A DNA stretch of 63,095 bases, filler included, from Sphacelaria rigidula (GCA_964200075.2; 10 parts of 10 records of this genome joined end to end with filler, not necessarily neighbours in it); one strand, 5' to 3'; positions 49,728-61,858 are shown, counted from the first letter of the whole stretch. The notes: generated by a model not told the origin, from the sequence alone. Program-made: numbers and translations.

Positions 49728-50560
49728 AGTTCTTCGCGCGTTAACTCGCGTTCGAACAACTCCGATCATGCACCTTCGCGCATCTCTACTGCTCAGCCTT
49801 TGTCACACAACCGTTATGTACGCAATGATAAATTATCCCGTTTTTTGTAAGCATCGTTATTGGCTCCATTATCGCCCGTAATGCGTACACCAGACCATAC
49901 GCCGAATGTGGTTGGTGTGACATGCACACACAATTGAAATGATCACGTGTGTGTAGCTATGTTTTTGTCCCTCAACTAGCTGTAGTTGGGTGCTGTGATG
50001 AGAGAGAACATGCAAGGTGGGGATGTGTGGGAGGTGAGCCGATTTTCAGACATTTTCAGCCAGTCCTACAGAGTCATATCACTACTCCCTGAAAACGTTG
50101 GAAAGTGTTGCCCAAGGTCGCCCCCCGAGCAGCAAATATTTTGGCTTGTGCGCTGCTGGAGTTCTACCGAGAAAAATCAACTAATCAAAATACTATATTT
50201 GTGAGATTCAGAACGTAGTTTCAGACTCAGAGTGGATGCTCTAGCATTCCTTACAGGCATGTTTCTTGAGCACACGTCCTGTGCATGCAGCTACCGTACA
50301 GTACCCCATTCGAGGAACTCGGTGGTCTGGTTAATGAGATACCGCACAAAGGATTTTTACGCCTGGGGGGCATTTCGGAACTGAAACTGTTTCAGTCACC
50401 AATCGGTTTTTCCCGAAAGAGGGGATCTTTTGTTGCAATGGACTGACTACGTCGTTGNNNNNNNNNNNNNNNNNNNNNNNNNNNNNNNNNNNNNNNNNNN
50501 NTTAATTAATTAANNNNNNNNNNNNNNNNNNNNNNNNNNNNNNNNNNNNNNNNNNNNGAG

Positions 50561-50628
50561 CCTACGTCTGTGACCACGGGTTCGCGAGATCGGACTAATG
50601 TGCGGAAATAATAATAATAATAATAATA
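50561..50628 (+). mobile_element. Retroposon 3' end with (AAT)n tail
   Basis: CCTACGTCTGTGACCACGGG...CTAATGTG..(AAT)7. Confidence 0.65.
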
Positions 50629-51672
50629 TAGGTCGTTGGCACTATTCAACCGGCACTACTGAAGGCCCCCCACTGTATACGAGTTTTGGAAATGAAATTG
50701 TCGTCCTCGTGTCTTGTATGCTTTCTCGGTTCCATTTTTTTCAGTTTTGGTCTCTTCTTCCCTGTGTTTCTTCCTCGTCACACTTTTTTGTTTCTTCCCT
50801 TCCCCGCTCTGAGCCACACGTAGTACTCGTACTGTACTCTAGCGTTTGTGTCACCCTCGCATCGAGCTGACCGAGAAGAGATCCTGCCCATTGAGGACCG
50901 CACCCACGTGACTGAATCGAGACCTACCGGATGGCATCACGTTTTGTATGAGGTCGTTACCTCAAGCCCTGGCGGGGGCTTGTCGAAATGTTTCCCGGGA
51001 CTTGTGCTACATCTTAGCCGGGCGCGTTTTCCTGTTCCTTCCCATTTCCCACCTTGCCTCGCCATACTATCTCCAGGTTTTTTCGTCAGCCTCCTTTCTT
51101 CCTTGTTTGTTTCATTTTCCGTATTTGCTCGAGTGGGTTTTTCTCAACCCTTTTACACTGCGAGGGTAGTCCATCTCGATCATGCGTAATTTTTTCGAGT
51201 GAAATTGATGCCGATTCAACAGAACTCTCGCCGTCTGAGGGTCAAGCAACCTTTCCGTGTCTTTACTATGGGGGGGTGTGCACCTCTCCTGTGACTACGG
51301 CTTCACTCATGACTAGCGGATTGGTAGAGTTCGACAATAAACGAATCGATCAAATCTTGATGAAGCGGTCGATATAGACGTACTAGGATCGGGGACTTGG
51401 AAGGCATCGTTACCTGCTCACAACGTGGTACAATGAAAGGGAATGCGAGGAATAGAAGCCCCTGTCCCACAACTAGTACAGCATCCGATTCGAGACAGGT
51501 GGACGCAAAACCAGACTTTCGATATTCACGTATCTGAAACGGACATTTCCCCACTATTTCCAACAAGTATGCTACATTCGACCTTCGTTTTTGAGGAAAT
51601 ATATATATACCCTCACAAGATATCCGACGTGCACACGCACAAGTCGATTTCGCAAATCCTGAGAACACTCAC

Positions 51673-54021
51673 CAAGTTTCCGGCGAGCAGACAGATGAAG
51701 GAGATGCACGTGAGCAGGGACACAAGCACTTCAACCGCAGGACCGAACGCCTTTCCGTCTGAAACGGTCCACACCGTCAGCATGCCAAAGACAAAGCGTG
51801 GGGTTGACGCGCGGGGCGCATGAGAGGGACGGGAATGACCGACCTTACGATTCCCGGAACAGCTGGACGCACATGCTGCACCAAAATCAATTACCGAATT
51901 TAGTAGGGAAAATTGAGATCGGCTTGAAACAGTTTCGATTTTGCTTACTGATTCCGTGTTTCGAACCTCCAAACAAATAAACCTTCGTTTGGAAGATACG
52001 CTGATTTCAACGAAGAGTATTAACCTGATTGTCCGCGACTACCCGTATGTCTCCAGAGAGTAGTGATCACAACACCTGACACACTACTACTGGGAACTCA
52101 TACACCACAAAGCTTCTCACTCTTTACTTCTCCACCACTGAAAAATTGCAGCAGCAGTGTACATACGCTACAGAGACCGATCCCAACATGCTCGAAAAAC
52201 TGACCCAACCCCAAGTTCCTCGACAGTCTAGCTGACAACAGTTGACATCATCGTTTTGAGCAGACTCACAGAAGTCAGGGAGAGTGAGACACTGGGCCTT
52301 GTTGATGTGTCTGGCAAGGAACAAGCCGTTGATCACTAAGCTAAGACCCAGGCCCATGGGGAGCACAGCGCCATCCCAGTAGCTGACAGCAGGCGACACG
52401 GGCAATTCAGAGTATGGATGAATGAGCGGAGTAAAAGCCAAGGGTCAGGAGGGCAAAGTTGGAAGGTGACTACCGGGAAAAGTGCCTTTACGACCCTCTC
52501 GAGGTTAAGCGGGTTTTGACACCTTGGAATGATTTGTCTTCTCCTCTCGACAGGGTTCCGGAGCACTCTACTGTTGTTGCGTTTCCCGGTGACTGCGGTT
52601 ACAAGCTGGGTCACACTTTTAGTAGCACCTCCTGGGGCAATCGGCGTAAGCCTGCGATTTGTTTGGTACGTTTTGGGTGTGTTTCTGAGATATGGTGCAA
52701 AAACATCTTCAATTCGCTGCAAGGTCGAACTGTGTGCAGCTGAAAGCACCTGGGTGTGCCAGGTGAAATCGTATCGGATAGTACAGTGAAAGCAAACCAT
52801 TCTGGGGGTGGTGAGTTCGTCTAGCCCTCTCCTGGGGCGAAGAGGTTACGGAAGAGTTGAAGAAAAAGGCATTTCGAACACACACACATGTATTGAATAT
52901 ACGTTCGGATGATAAGAAGCTGCCTCATGTGCGTGTCTCGTGACGCTTTGCTCGTGTCTCATGAGCGCCCGAAATTCACACCCTTTCCTACCCCGAGTTC
53001 TGTTGCCTCCGAACTAACCCTGGAAACGTGCCCGATATTTGTGACTCACTGAAATTTGTAGGCGAGATCGGCATTTCCCAGGGTGGCATTGGAGTCGATA
53101 CTCTGAGAAGCAAGGGTCAGCGTCACGACGAACAACGGTAAGTTTCGCCCTCCGACAAAGAAGTTGTCCACCTGAACGTTCATTGCAACGGTGCGAAAAA
53201 AAAAAAGTGTGGTTAGGGTTGTAAGAATTCAAGGCAGACAACGAGTGCCGTGTGTGTGTGTGTGTGTGTGTGTGTGTTTCGCGATCCCCCCTTCAATATC
53301 GGCGCACCGTGTGGACTGCCGCAAAAATGAGTTACTCCGTCATCTCACCGGGGGCTCCACCACTGGAGGAGTCCTTCGTAAAAGTCAAAATGAGATTTTA
53401 TCAAAATGTCGCGACTAAAATGAATACCAACCAATCGATTGATCAATGGATCAACCAATGAATACCTTTTCACTCCAGCGAGCAACAAGCCGTCAAAGCG
53501 ACAGTGGTTGACACACAGCCTCTGCACACCATGGTCCAATTTTTTTTTCATGCGTGACACCCAAACTAATTCGCTCAATGGTAGTGAGATTTCAGCCCGA
53601 CATATCCTGTAGGCTGCGAGGGTAGTCTAGTTGAGACAGCACTGCTGGAACTACTCGAAGGTGAGTCAGAGGCCTATCAACCCCTTGACTCGCAGAAACC
53701 GACTTGCGAATCTCCCCTACAGGAGCTCTCGCTCATCGAAACCGAGTCACAGAAATCGCGTTGGCAAACACGGATGAATCCGTGAAAAACAATTGTTCAT
53801 TCGCAATCAACGGACTTAAATATGTACAAAGCTCCTCCACAGAGGATGTCCTACCAGAACTCCACGGCGATAGCCGAAGATCCTTGACCACAAGAATGCG
53901 TGCGGAGTGTATTACATGGATTCCGATATGAATCACTGCGCATGCTTACCTTGCCTTTGACGAGGAATACCGTGAAAACTCCGATGCTCGCAAATACGCA
54001 AATAGACACGATCAAAGCCAC
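51673..54021 (-). CDS. Sodium:solute symporter, SLC5A7/high-affinity choline transporter-like, partial; exons 54021-53950, 53171-53050, 52382-52270, 51758-51673
   Basis: Four GT-AG exons splice in frame: VALIVSICVFASIGVFTVFLVKGK|VDNFFVGGRNLPLFVVTLTLASQSIDSNATLGNADLAYKFH|YWDGAVLPMGLGLSLVINGLFLARHINKAQCLTLPDFY|GKAFGPAVEVLVSLLTCISFICLLAGNL. Confidence 0.9.
53248..53277. repeat. (GT)n microsatellite, intronic
   Basis: Direct reading. Confidence 0.95.
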
Positions 54022-54832
54022 CTGAACCGCGGACCACAAAAACGTACGTCGTACACATTTCGTCATTTCGAGTGGATTGCAGGCATCGTACGTGAAGAGC
54101 ATACTCGAAAATATGCTGCAGACCTGGAAGTACATACAGGGCACAAGACCTACAGAAGCTTTTTGCCAGGGAGGCGGTGTAGCACATGCAAACATGTTCA
54201 GCTTGTGAAGGGTCGAGCTACGTAGTCCACAGTACAGCTGTACCTACCCCTAACGCTTGTTGATTAGGGTTTATACTCTGCTAACACCGCGGACCAGTAG
54301 TGCAATGGACAAGTTGAATTCTAGCAATTTATGTGCTCACTCTGAAGGTTCAGCAGTATCAGGGGCCGTTGTCGCGGCGTGACTCAGAGTGAGCGTGCCG
54401 TATCCTAGCAGCGCACTGCATTAAAAAAATCCACGCTATCATTAGAGGGTGTCCCAATACGTCAAAACCTCAACATCGCCTATTCTCCCTTTTGTGCCCG
54501 TCCTTGAATAAAATTTCTGAGACTCAAAAAACAAAAACTGAAAACGAGTAGGTGTGTCCGTTCATTGCTTCTGCATCAACATTCCAATACGCGCCTGACG
54601 CAGTTCTCTGAGCTTGAGCACATGGACAACGAGGAGAGTGTATTATTGAGCGCAGCGAAACTCACGCCCAACACACGGACGTACCCGGGCGGCGCTTTAG
54701 AGGTCAAAATATTAAATGCTGGTATGTTCTGCACAGCACATCAATTTCTCGACGTGCAACAAAATTGGCTCATGATGGCCAACTTTCTGAACAGACAGTA
54801 CATACAGTACCAGCAGTCTGTATTCATTCGTG

Positions 54833-55781
54833 CAGGTGTCAAAGTGCCGAAACCATCGTCCGGCAACGACGATTGCTGTTCGCGGGAGCCCTGGTTAGAC
54901 AACCGGACGGACGATTACCGAAGCGAATAGCATTCGGAACACTAGTCGGGGGGGGGGGAGATGGGGGAGATCCAGGACCAGGGTGCCCGGAACAAAACTG
55001 GCTGAAGTGCTTGAGGGACGATCTCCACGCTTCCGGAGCCACAGACAGCTCTACGGACGACAGCCGCCAGGCATTCGGAATTGACCGCGTCTTATGGACC
55101 TCAGCAGCGAATAAGGAGGGGGGGTTGCCGCGGCACGCGGGAGTGCTTCAGGGAGCGGAGAGGTTCATGACCTCATCGCACAGAAATGACGAGGAAGCCA
55201 GCCGACTGCGTGCGATAAGACGGGAGACCAGCGAAGCCCAAATAGCACGGCAATGACGACGGTCCAGAGAAGAGGGGGGTGCGGGGTGAACCCCCCAGAT
55301 GAGGGGTGTCGTTATGTCATGCGGTGCTTGTCTTGATACACTTGGTGTGCTTGCGGGTATGGCTGTTCCACGAGAGGTCGAAATATGGAACCTTGCGATT
55401 CTTAGGTCTTCGGTCGGTGGAATTCGGGGCTTCGAGTCTCGCCCGTAGTCGGGCCCTATGTTCATTTCTTCTTGGTCTCGTGCGTCGACTTGGATAGCCG
55501 GGTGCCACCCCCCGAAGTCCGAATGGCCACCTGCGGCACCGGATCTTCTGAGGTTAGCCATATGTTTTCTCTTCTTTTTATTATTCATCCCTGTTTTGCT
55601 TGTATCGCGTTTTGTGAGTTTTGATCGAGGTATTTTTTCTTTTTTTAATTTCCCCATTTACCTTATTATAGGCACCTAGCCTGTGACCACGGAAGGCGTC
55701 CGCGTTAGATGCCCAGTACAAATGTACCGCGCAGATATCGGAACGGTTTTTAATGTGAAGACAACAACAACGACAACAAAA
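54833..55781 (+). mobile_element. 5'-truncated RTE-clade LINE (ORF C-terminus to 55256, 3' UTR, (ACA)n tail), antisense to the transporter gene
   Basis: ETIVRQRRLLFAGALVRQPDGRLPKRIAFGTL..G.P...WLKCLRDDL is the typical post-RT segment of RTE elements; ends GACCACGG...TAATGTG..ACAACAAC. Confidence 0.85.
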
Positions 55782-58070
55782 AGTCAGGCTAGCTGCACTG
55801 CCGCCCCCCACTTTCAGACCGTACGGAGAGTACAGCAGCAGTGATTGCACCAGCAACTAACGTTAGATGTGCGTGTCTGCAATTGTGAGATGGCAGTGCA
55901 TCTGGCCTGGCTTATGCACGAAAAAGGACATCTGCCGGTACTGTACTATCTGCTCAGAAACAAACGACTTGGGTTCAGCCGTACATGCATGGAAAAGATA
56001 TTCGCGCGATCACTCCTCCTGTACCACAGGTGACGCCACTACTCAAGAACTGCGTATTTGGCAATCGCGTTCGGCTGCCCAAACCGAGCCCCTGCTCTTA
56101 GCTGTCATGCTCTCAATTCGACCAGACAGTTACCGCCAAATTTGATGGGCGCTTGTCCTTATTTGTATAAAGAGTATCCCATGCAAGACAGCGTTCTAAC
56201 TTCCGGGATTTCCTCATACCGCAGTGCGGTATCGGCGAGACTTTTCGTACCATTCACTTTATGCAGCAGCGAAATCCCCTGCTGTACAGCATACCCAATA
56301 ATAATAAGAGATCCACGCTCAGGCTGGTTTCTTCACTTTTTCATTCTTAGCCCCTTTCTTTAGCTCATTACTTCGCCGGGCAAAAATCACGCCGACGAAT
56401 AGTTTTTTTCAAACTTTTTCGACGTCACGGGGTCCTGAAAAATGGGAGTAATATTTTCTTATGGGGACGGACAGAGGTAAAATAATTTCTCCCGATCTCA
56501 GTTTCTTTCCATGGAAAAATTTCAACCCGATTTCTCTGGGTCCCCTGTTATGTGCCCATTTTCATCTTATTTGCGCTGTTGGCTGCACGAGGTCAATTGG
56601 TGGGGCATGCGTGTGTTTTTCGCCTTTTGATTCTGCAACCTCGAGGTCTTCTCTGAAACGATAGAATGTAGTCCGATTTCCCTTCGAAAAATAAGCTATT
56701 CCCCCCCCCCCCCCCCCGGAATTCGAAAAAGAAATCAATGCGTGGGCAAGGGCGAAGGTAGAGGTGTCGAAACGGGNNNNNNNNNNNNNNNNNNNNNNNN
56801 NNNNNNNNNNNNNNNNNNNNTTAATTAATTAANNNNNNNNNNNNNNNNNNNNNNNNNNNNNNNNNNNNNNNNNNNNCCTGCAATGGAGGGATGGGACTTC
56901 AACCTCATATTATGTTTCAACCCCAAAAATTAGGATCGGCTGTTATCTGATGCTCCAGTGACTTCTGAGGTCTGAATCCCTCGATAGTAAAAAAAACGAT
57001 GGTGCTCTGGAGGTATTAGATCCCACCCCTCCGGAGGGTCGCGCACCCTGTTGAGGCGTTTAATTCCTCTGGAGGCTCGAAAAGTGAACCAGAACAGAGT
57101 GTTTTTGGGCGTAGTCGAATGGCCGCGTGTGTGGGTGGAGTAACCCGCCCCATGAAACCTGGTGCACGAGTTGGACACAACACACGTAGCAGGCAGTATG
57201 TGCATCGCAGAAGCTTCTTTGGGCCACCAAGCAAATTAAATGATTGTAAGCGGATACCGAGATACCGTTGATACGCCCTCAAACATGCTAACTTGCAGGC
57301 CAGATTCTGTGCACGTTGAGTGAATAAATATGTGGACATGGTAGTGTACACACTTCCACATCATTATCACCTGGGAGAGTGCAGTGCTGGCAAACAAACA
57401 TAGATCAGTACTGGTTCACCCTCTGGATAATGACAATATGTAGAAAAGCCATGCAGGCATTGCTTGTCGAGATTCTCAGCGCACGAGATACGGTCGTACG
57501 CGCGCTGCCGTCTCTGCAAGACGCTGGAAGTTTGGCCACGTGTCATGTGAACCACAATCAACAAGCTCATGCGTTTGGATCAGAGGTTGGACGTTGCAGC
57601 AGCAGTGCGCGAGGGGATGCAAAGAGGTCAGATTATGTTCCAGAACAATTATTTTGTTTCATTTCTGTTTTTTTTTCTACCTTGGCGCAAAACTGGATAA
57701 GTCAGGTTGGATTTTCGTTTCTAGGAAGGATTCAAGTATTGAAATCTTGTACTATAGATCGGCAGCTCTTCCCTTCGGCATGTACTATAGCACGAATCCT
57801 GGGTGAAGCTTAGTTCTTGCACTTGGAAAGCAAGGGTCACAGAAGGAAGGGCTATAACGCCTATATACAGCTATAGGAAACCCTTTGTTTCCATCACAAC
57901 AGCGGTTGTCTCTTGGAAGCCATCGTCTTGGGTTGTGCGTAGCCAGTGCGATGCGGAATGGGTATCATACCAGCAGGGGAATAAACCGCGCGTGAAGCAT
58001 AGATTCCAGAGGTTACTTCACCACCTCGGCAGGGTTTTTCGGAAATTTATGATTTCTAATAAGTTTGACT

Positions 58071-59490
58071 CTAACCCTAACCCGAACCCTAACCCGAACC
58101 AAGGCATGCCAAGAACCCTCGGGCGAGGGGGAGCGCAAAGTGTTCCCTGTCGAAAGACAAAGTGTGGGCTGCCAGACGTCAAATCGGCGGATTCAAACGA
58201 AACGCATTCTGCGGACGCTAGAAGCACAGCCCCCATCGAAGATCCGGACTTCGTTGTTCACACTTGAATCAAGTCGGGCCAACTTCACCCTACCAAGTGG
58301 TAAAGCTTTACTGAAATTTCGGCCGCCTTGTAAGCCGCGGCGAAAGTACGATAGTGTAAGCTTCATTGGTTCGAGAAGGAAAGGAAAACATGGAATTGAG
58401 CAAATGAAGACGCCCACAAAGAGACGTCCCTTCCGCCACTTCTCGACTTCCAACAGACGTTACCAACTGGTCGGAAAAAATGGTTGAAATTAAAACATAC
58501 TCGTTTTAGTGTCAGTCGGGGCGATGGATGAAACCGCCAACAGATACAGGTGAGTAGTGGTGAGCAGTAGACCCAGCTTGTCCAGAACGTGTTTCGTTCC
58601 AAAATCGGCTGAAAGGCATCTATTTGAGCCCTGGAAACGCACACTGTGCCTACGGAGCACTTTGCACCCCCCACGCCCGAGGGTTCTCGGTATGTGTGGT
58701 CAGGATTAGGGTTAGCGTTCGAGGTATGTAGGAGGCACCTCATTATTCGCGTCAACCATTTTTTCCGACCAGTTGGTAAAGAGGCCTCTCGACTTCCGCT
58801 GTCGTGATGTTACAGATCCCATCTACTGTCTTATTGTGGCCGTATATTTATGGTTGGCAAACATGACTAATTGATTTTAGAAGTAGAAAAGTTCTGAGAT
58901 TATTTATGGTCCGGGGCAGGTGAGCAGTGGACCCAGTTCGTCCACAACGTGTTTTTGTCGAAATTAGGCGCCGATTTCGGGTCTGTCAGCGCACACTTTG
59001 CACTGGGGAACCTAAGCACCCCCCTTGCCCGAGGGTCTGGTACGCCTTGGGTTGGGGTCAGGGTTAGGGTGAGCGTTGTTGTTAGTTTGTTCGAAAAACT
59101 CAACCATAGATATACGGCCAAACCTTTAGGTCGCCTCATTATCTTGTTCAATCGGTCAGTGTCCAGGAAGTTGGATATTGGTGTGTCCATTCCGCGATTT
59201 TGTAACCCCCACAATTTTCTTCGAAAGTCACTTCGTGCTTGGTGTTCAGGCTTTGATAGTATACTTGCATCTACACTTATACTGTTGTACTGTCTGCATA
59301 TACTGTACTGTGTTGGTGTTCACTCTGTCACTTCGATCCAGATGTCGGATTTGAGGTCTGCTAACGCACACTTTGCCAACGGCAACCTTTGCACCCCCTT
59401 GCTTGGCGGTTCTCGTACGCCTTGGGTCGGGGCTAGAATTAGGGTTAGGGCTAGGATTAGTGTTGGTGTTAGTTCGAAAGGTCAACCATA
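58071..59490. repeat. Cluster of four ~130-190-bp modules (family D) containing degenerate CCCTAA/TTAGGG runs
   Basis: Copies at 58071-58200 (+), 58559-58722 (-), 58919-59110 (-), 59342-59490 (-); fifth partial copy at 38012-38062. Confidence 0.8.
58460..58779. mobile_element. 320-bp element with a perfect 28-bp TIR enclosing one family D module
   Basis: TTACCAACTGGTCGGAAAAAATGGTTGA (58460-58487) and exact reverse complement (58752-58779). Confidence 0.75.
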
Positions 59491-59647
59491 GGATCCCGAC
59501 CAAAGCTTCAAGTCCCCTGTCCTGAGCTCGTACATGCACATATCGCTGTTTTCGCAAAATCAAGACTTTATTCGAAAGTGCCTGTTGTCATCCTATTCAG
59601 CTATGCACTATTACCGTGTTAATTGTTGAATCTGTGACTATACCACC

Positions 59648-60020
59648 GGTCGCCCCGGTGGCTCAGTTGGTAACCTCGAAACCCTCTGAAGATTGGGTCG
59701 TGGGTTCGACTCTCGGTGCAGTCACACGATCTGGGACGTTCTTCTCACACCATGCCCAATAGTGGAGATCGACCATGCCGTGGGTACAAAACATTCGACT
59801 TAACGGTCGACGAGGAAAAGGGACCGCTGAATCGCTCTCGCGATGAATAAAGAAGGCTAGCACCGTAAAAGGAAGGCGGAGACGTAAAAACAAATCAAAA
59901 TCAAAATCTCCCATGTTGACCTTTCTCCTGTGTGACCCCGGCTGCTGCGCCCACATATACCGAACGGTGTATGTAGACAGGCGTCCAGAATAAATGGGAC
60001 GACAATACACACAACACATG
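59648..60020 (+). mobile_element. tRNA-derived SINE
   Basis: A box TGGCTCAGTTGG, B box GGTTCGACTC; colinear with 39924-40300. Confidence 0.82.
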
Positions 60021-60764
60021 GATCCGATTTTGGGTCGCTGAGCATATGTTTCCAGAAATCATTCATCCCCAAACTCTGTTCGGAACTTGAATCCTCGAGC
60101 TAGTTGCTGTAGCACAAATGGTGTGCTACTACTGATCGGTCTCTATCACCACTGTCCACTGGTCGGCTTTTGGTCCCTGGCTGCACACTAAGGCCCAGAT
60201 GTTCGTCGTCCGGAGGCTCGCAAAGTGAAGAACCTCAAAAAACGTTTTGCATCCCCACCTACCATATAACCACTCTGCAGGAGTTGTCTGTATTTAGTAG
60301 TAGGAACGGTGCTCTGTCTAGATAGAGATGAGTGATCAATGGCCAAGGGAATTGAAACAAGCAACAAGTGAGTACGCCCCTTTCCCCCCCCCCCTTCCCC
60401 TGCCAGATAATCAGCATGCTTCGGGCCGCACAATGTCGTCACGATGTAGCTCACCCTTCATGTGACTCGCCGAACACATCACGGTGCTTCGCGCTTGGTG
60501 ATTGATTGCGAGCCTTGTACGGCGAAAATCCGGCGTGCTCCGTCCCGGCTTGTAGGAATGTGAAGTCAAAGGTCTCATGACTACGGCATGCAAGATCACC
60601 AGTACCCCCCCCCCGCCCCCCCCCCGCCCTCGAGAGGGAAATGAGGGACGTGAAGACGGCATGAAATCGGTTGATGCATCAGGCAGTATGAAGAAAACGA
60701 TGGCTATACCAGGAGATAAATGGTGGCCACAGACGGCGTAACAGGACGGGGATAAGATATGTAA

Positions 60765-60960
60765 AATGGTTTTGTGTAGTGTATGGAAGAAACGTAATGA
60801 GCGCCGGAATATTGGAGGTGTCTCTACTAGGGGCAGGAACGGTGCTCCATCTCGAAAGGGAAGCATGGTTAATCCATTATGGTCGAACGACTAAGGCAAG
60901 CAACGAATGGGTATCCCCCCACTCCCCCCTTCCCCCTCCCCCCTTCCCCCTCCCCCCTCC
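60765..60960 (+). repeat. Dispersed repeat family G ending in a C-rich tract
   Basis: Matches the reverse complement of 43918-44075. Confidence 0.8.
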
Positions 60961-61026
60961 CACCCACCCACCCTCCTCGTCCCCTCTCCGTTTCGAACTT
61001 TGAATGAAAACGAAAAACACGCGAAG

Positions 61027-61288
61027 GTATCGTGGTCTGGGTCGGTGGAAGTGAACAGCGCAGTCCGTATCGGGCGCGGCACGACCGTATCCATCTCCGG
61101 AGACTACGTGCCGTCCTTGGATCCGGCAACGATCGACGAACCGCCCTCGTCGGACTCGGCGGTGGTAGCTGCGGTTGACGCGTCGGGACCCCTGTTCTGG
61201 GTGGAAGGAGGGTCTTTGCACCTGCACGGGATTGCGGTGCGGAATGGCAAGGTTGACAACAGCACGGGAGACGGGATCGTCAGCGGAG
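61027..61288 (+). CDS. Exon of a polymorphic-outer-membrane-protein/adhesin-like protein of the type expanded in brown algae
   Basis: VSWSGSVEVNSAVRIGRGTTVSISG...PLFWVEGGSLHLHGIAVRNG...SG(G); GC3-rich; AAG acceptor and GAG|GCAAGT donor. Confidence 0.6.
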
Positions 61289-61600
61289 GCAAGTGGTTTA
61301 TCAAAAGATTTAGAAAAACTGAATAAATAAATAAATAGGGCAGCCTCGGTGGTGTAATGGTCCGACTGTGTCACCATTAGAGTGGAGAGAATGAGTATTC
61401 GATTCCCAATGTTTGTTTTTTTCCCCGTAATATCTGACTTCCACCGTGAAAGGCGTGAGAACGCATGAGTGAACAAAGTTTCATTGTAGAATGAGTTTGT
61501 TTGACGTGAGTGGACGTGGTGCGGGAGTGCTGACCCAATCCACGAGACCGACATGGAAGGCGTGTACCGGGGGAGAGATGTTATGATCCCATGAAACCAC

Positions 61601-61858
61601 GAGTGATGCTGCGATAGGGTCAGTACTTTTACGGCCTTAGAGTAGAATTGTTAGGAACCCTTTTCCTCATCCAAAACACGACTTTCGAAATAGGTGAGAG
61701 TACGCCAGGGTTTTTCTTCCAATTTACTAGGAATATCCCGAATGAATTTGCAAACGGGGATATCCTGACCCATATTCTTGTGTAGTTCCTAATTTCAGGA
61801 ACCCCTGAATCAGGCCGGTTTGGGCCCCAAAAGTGCAGACCCCATCGCAGCATCACTC
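61601..61858 (+). mobile_element. MITE family A copy with perfect 4-bp TSD
   Basis: CCAC|GAGTGATGCTGCGAT...ATCGCAGCATCACTC|CCAC. Confidence 0.9.

Larger units (their letters stand above)
6221..56876. other. Nine artificial 100-nt contig linkers at 6221-6320, 12541-12640, 18861-18960, 25181-25280, 31501-31600, 37820-37919, 44139-44238, 50458-50557, 56777-56876
   Basis: Identical N-padded TTAATTAATTAA (stops in all six frames); intervening segments are 6220 bp x5 then 6219 bp x5. Confidence 0.99.

Noticed and set aside
58071..58100. True telomere
   Set aside because: Short, degenerate, internal and embedded in a dispersed repeat
59648..59725. Functional tRNA gene
   Set aside because: A and B boxes are present but no convincing acceptor or anticodon stem; divergent copies share a downstream body, indicating a SINE
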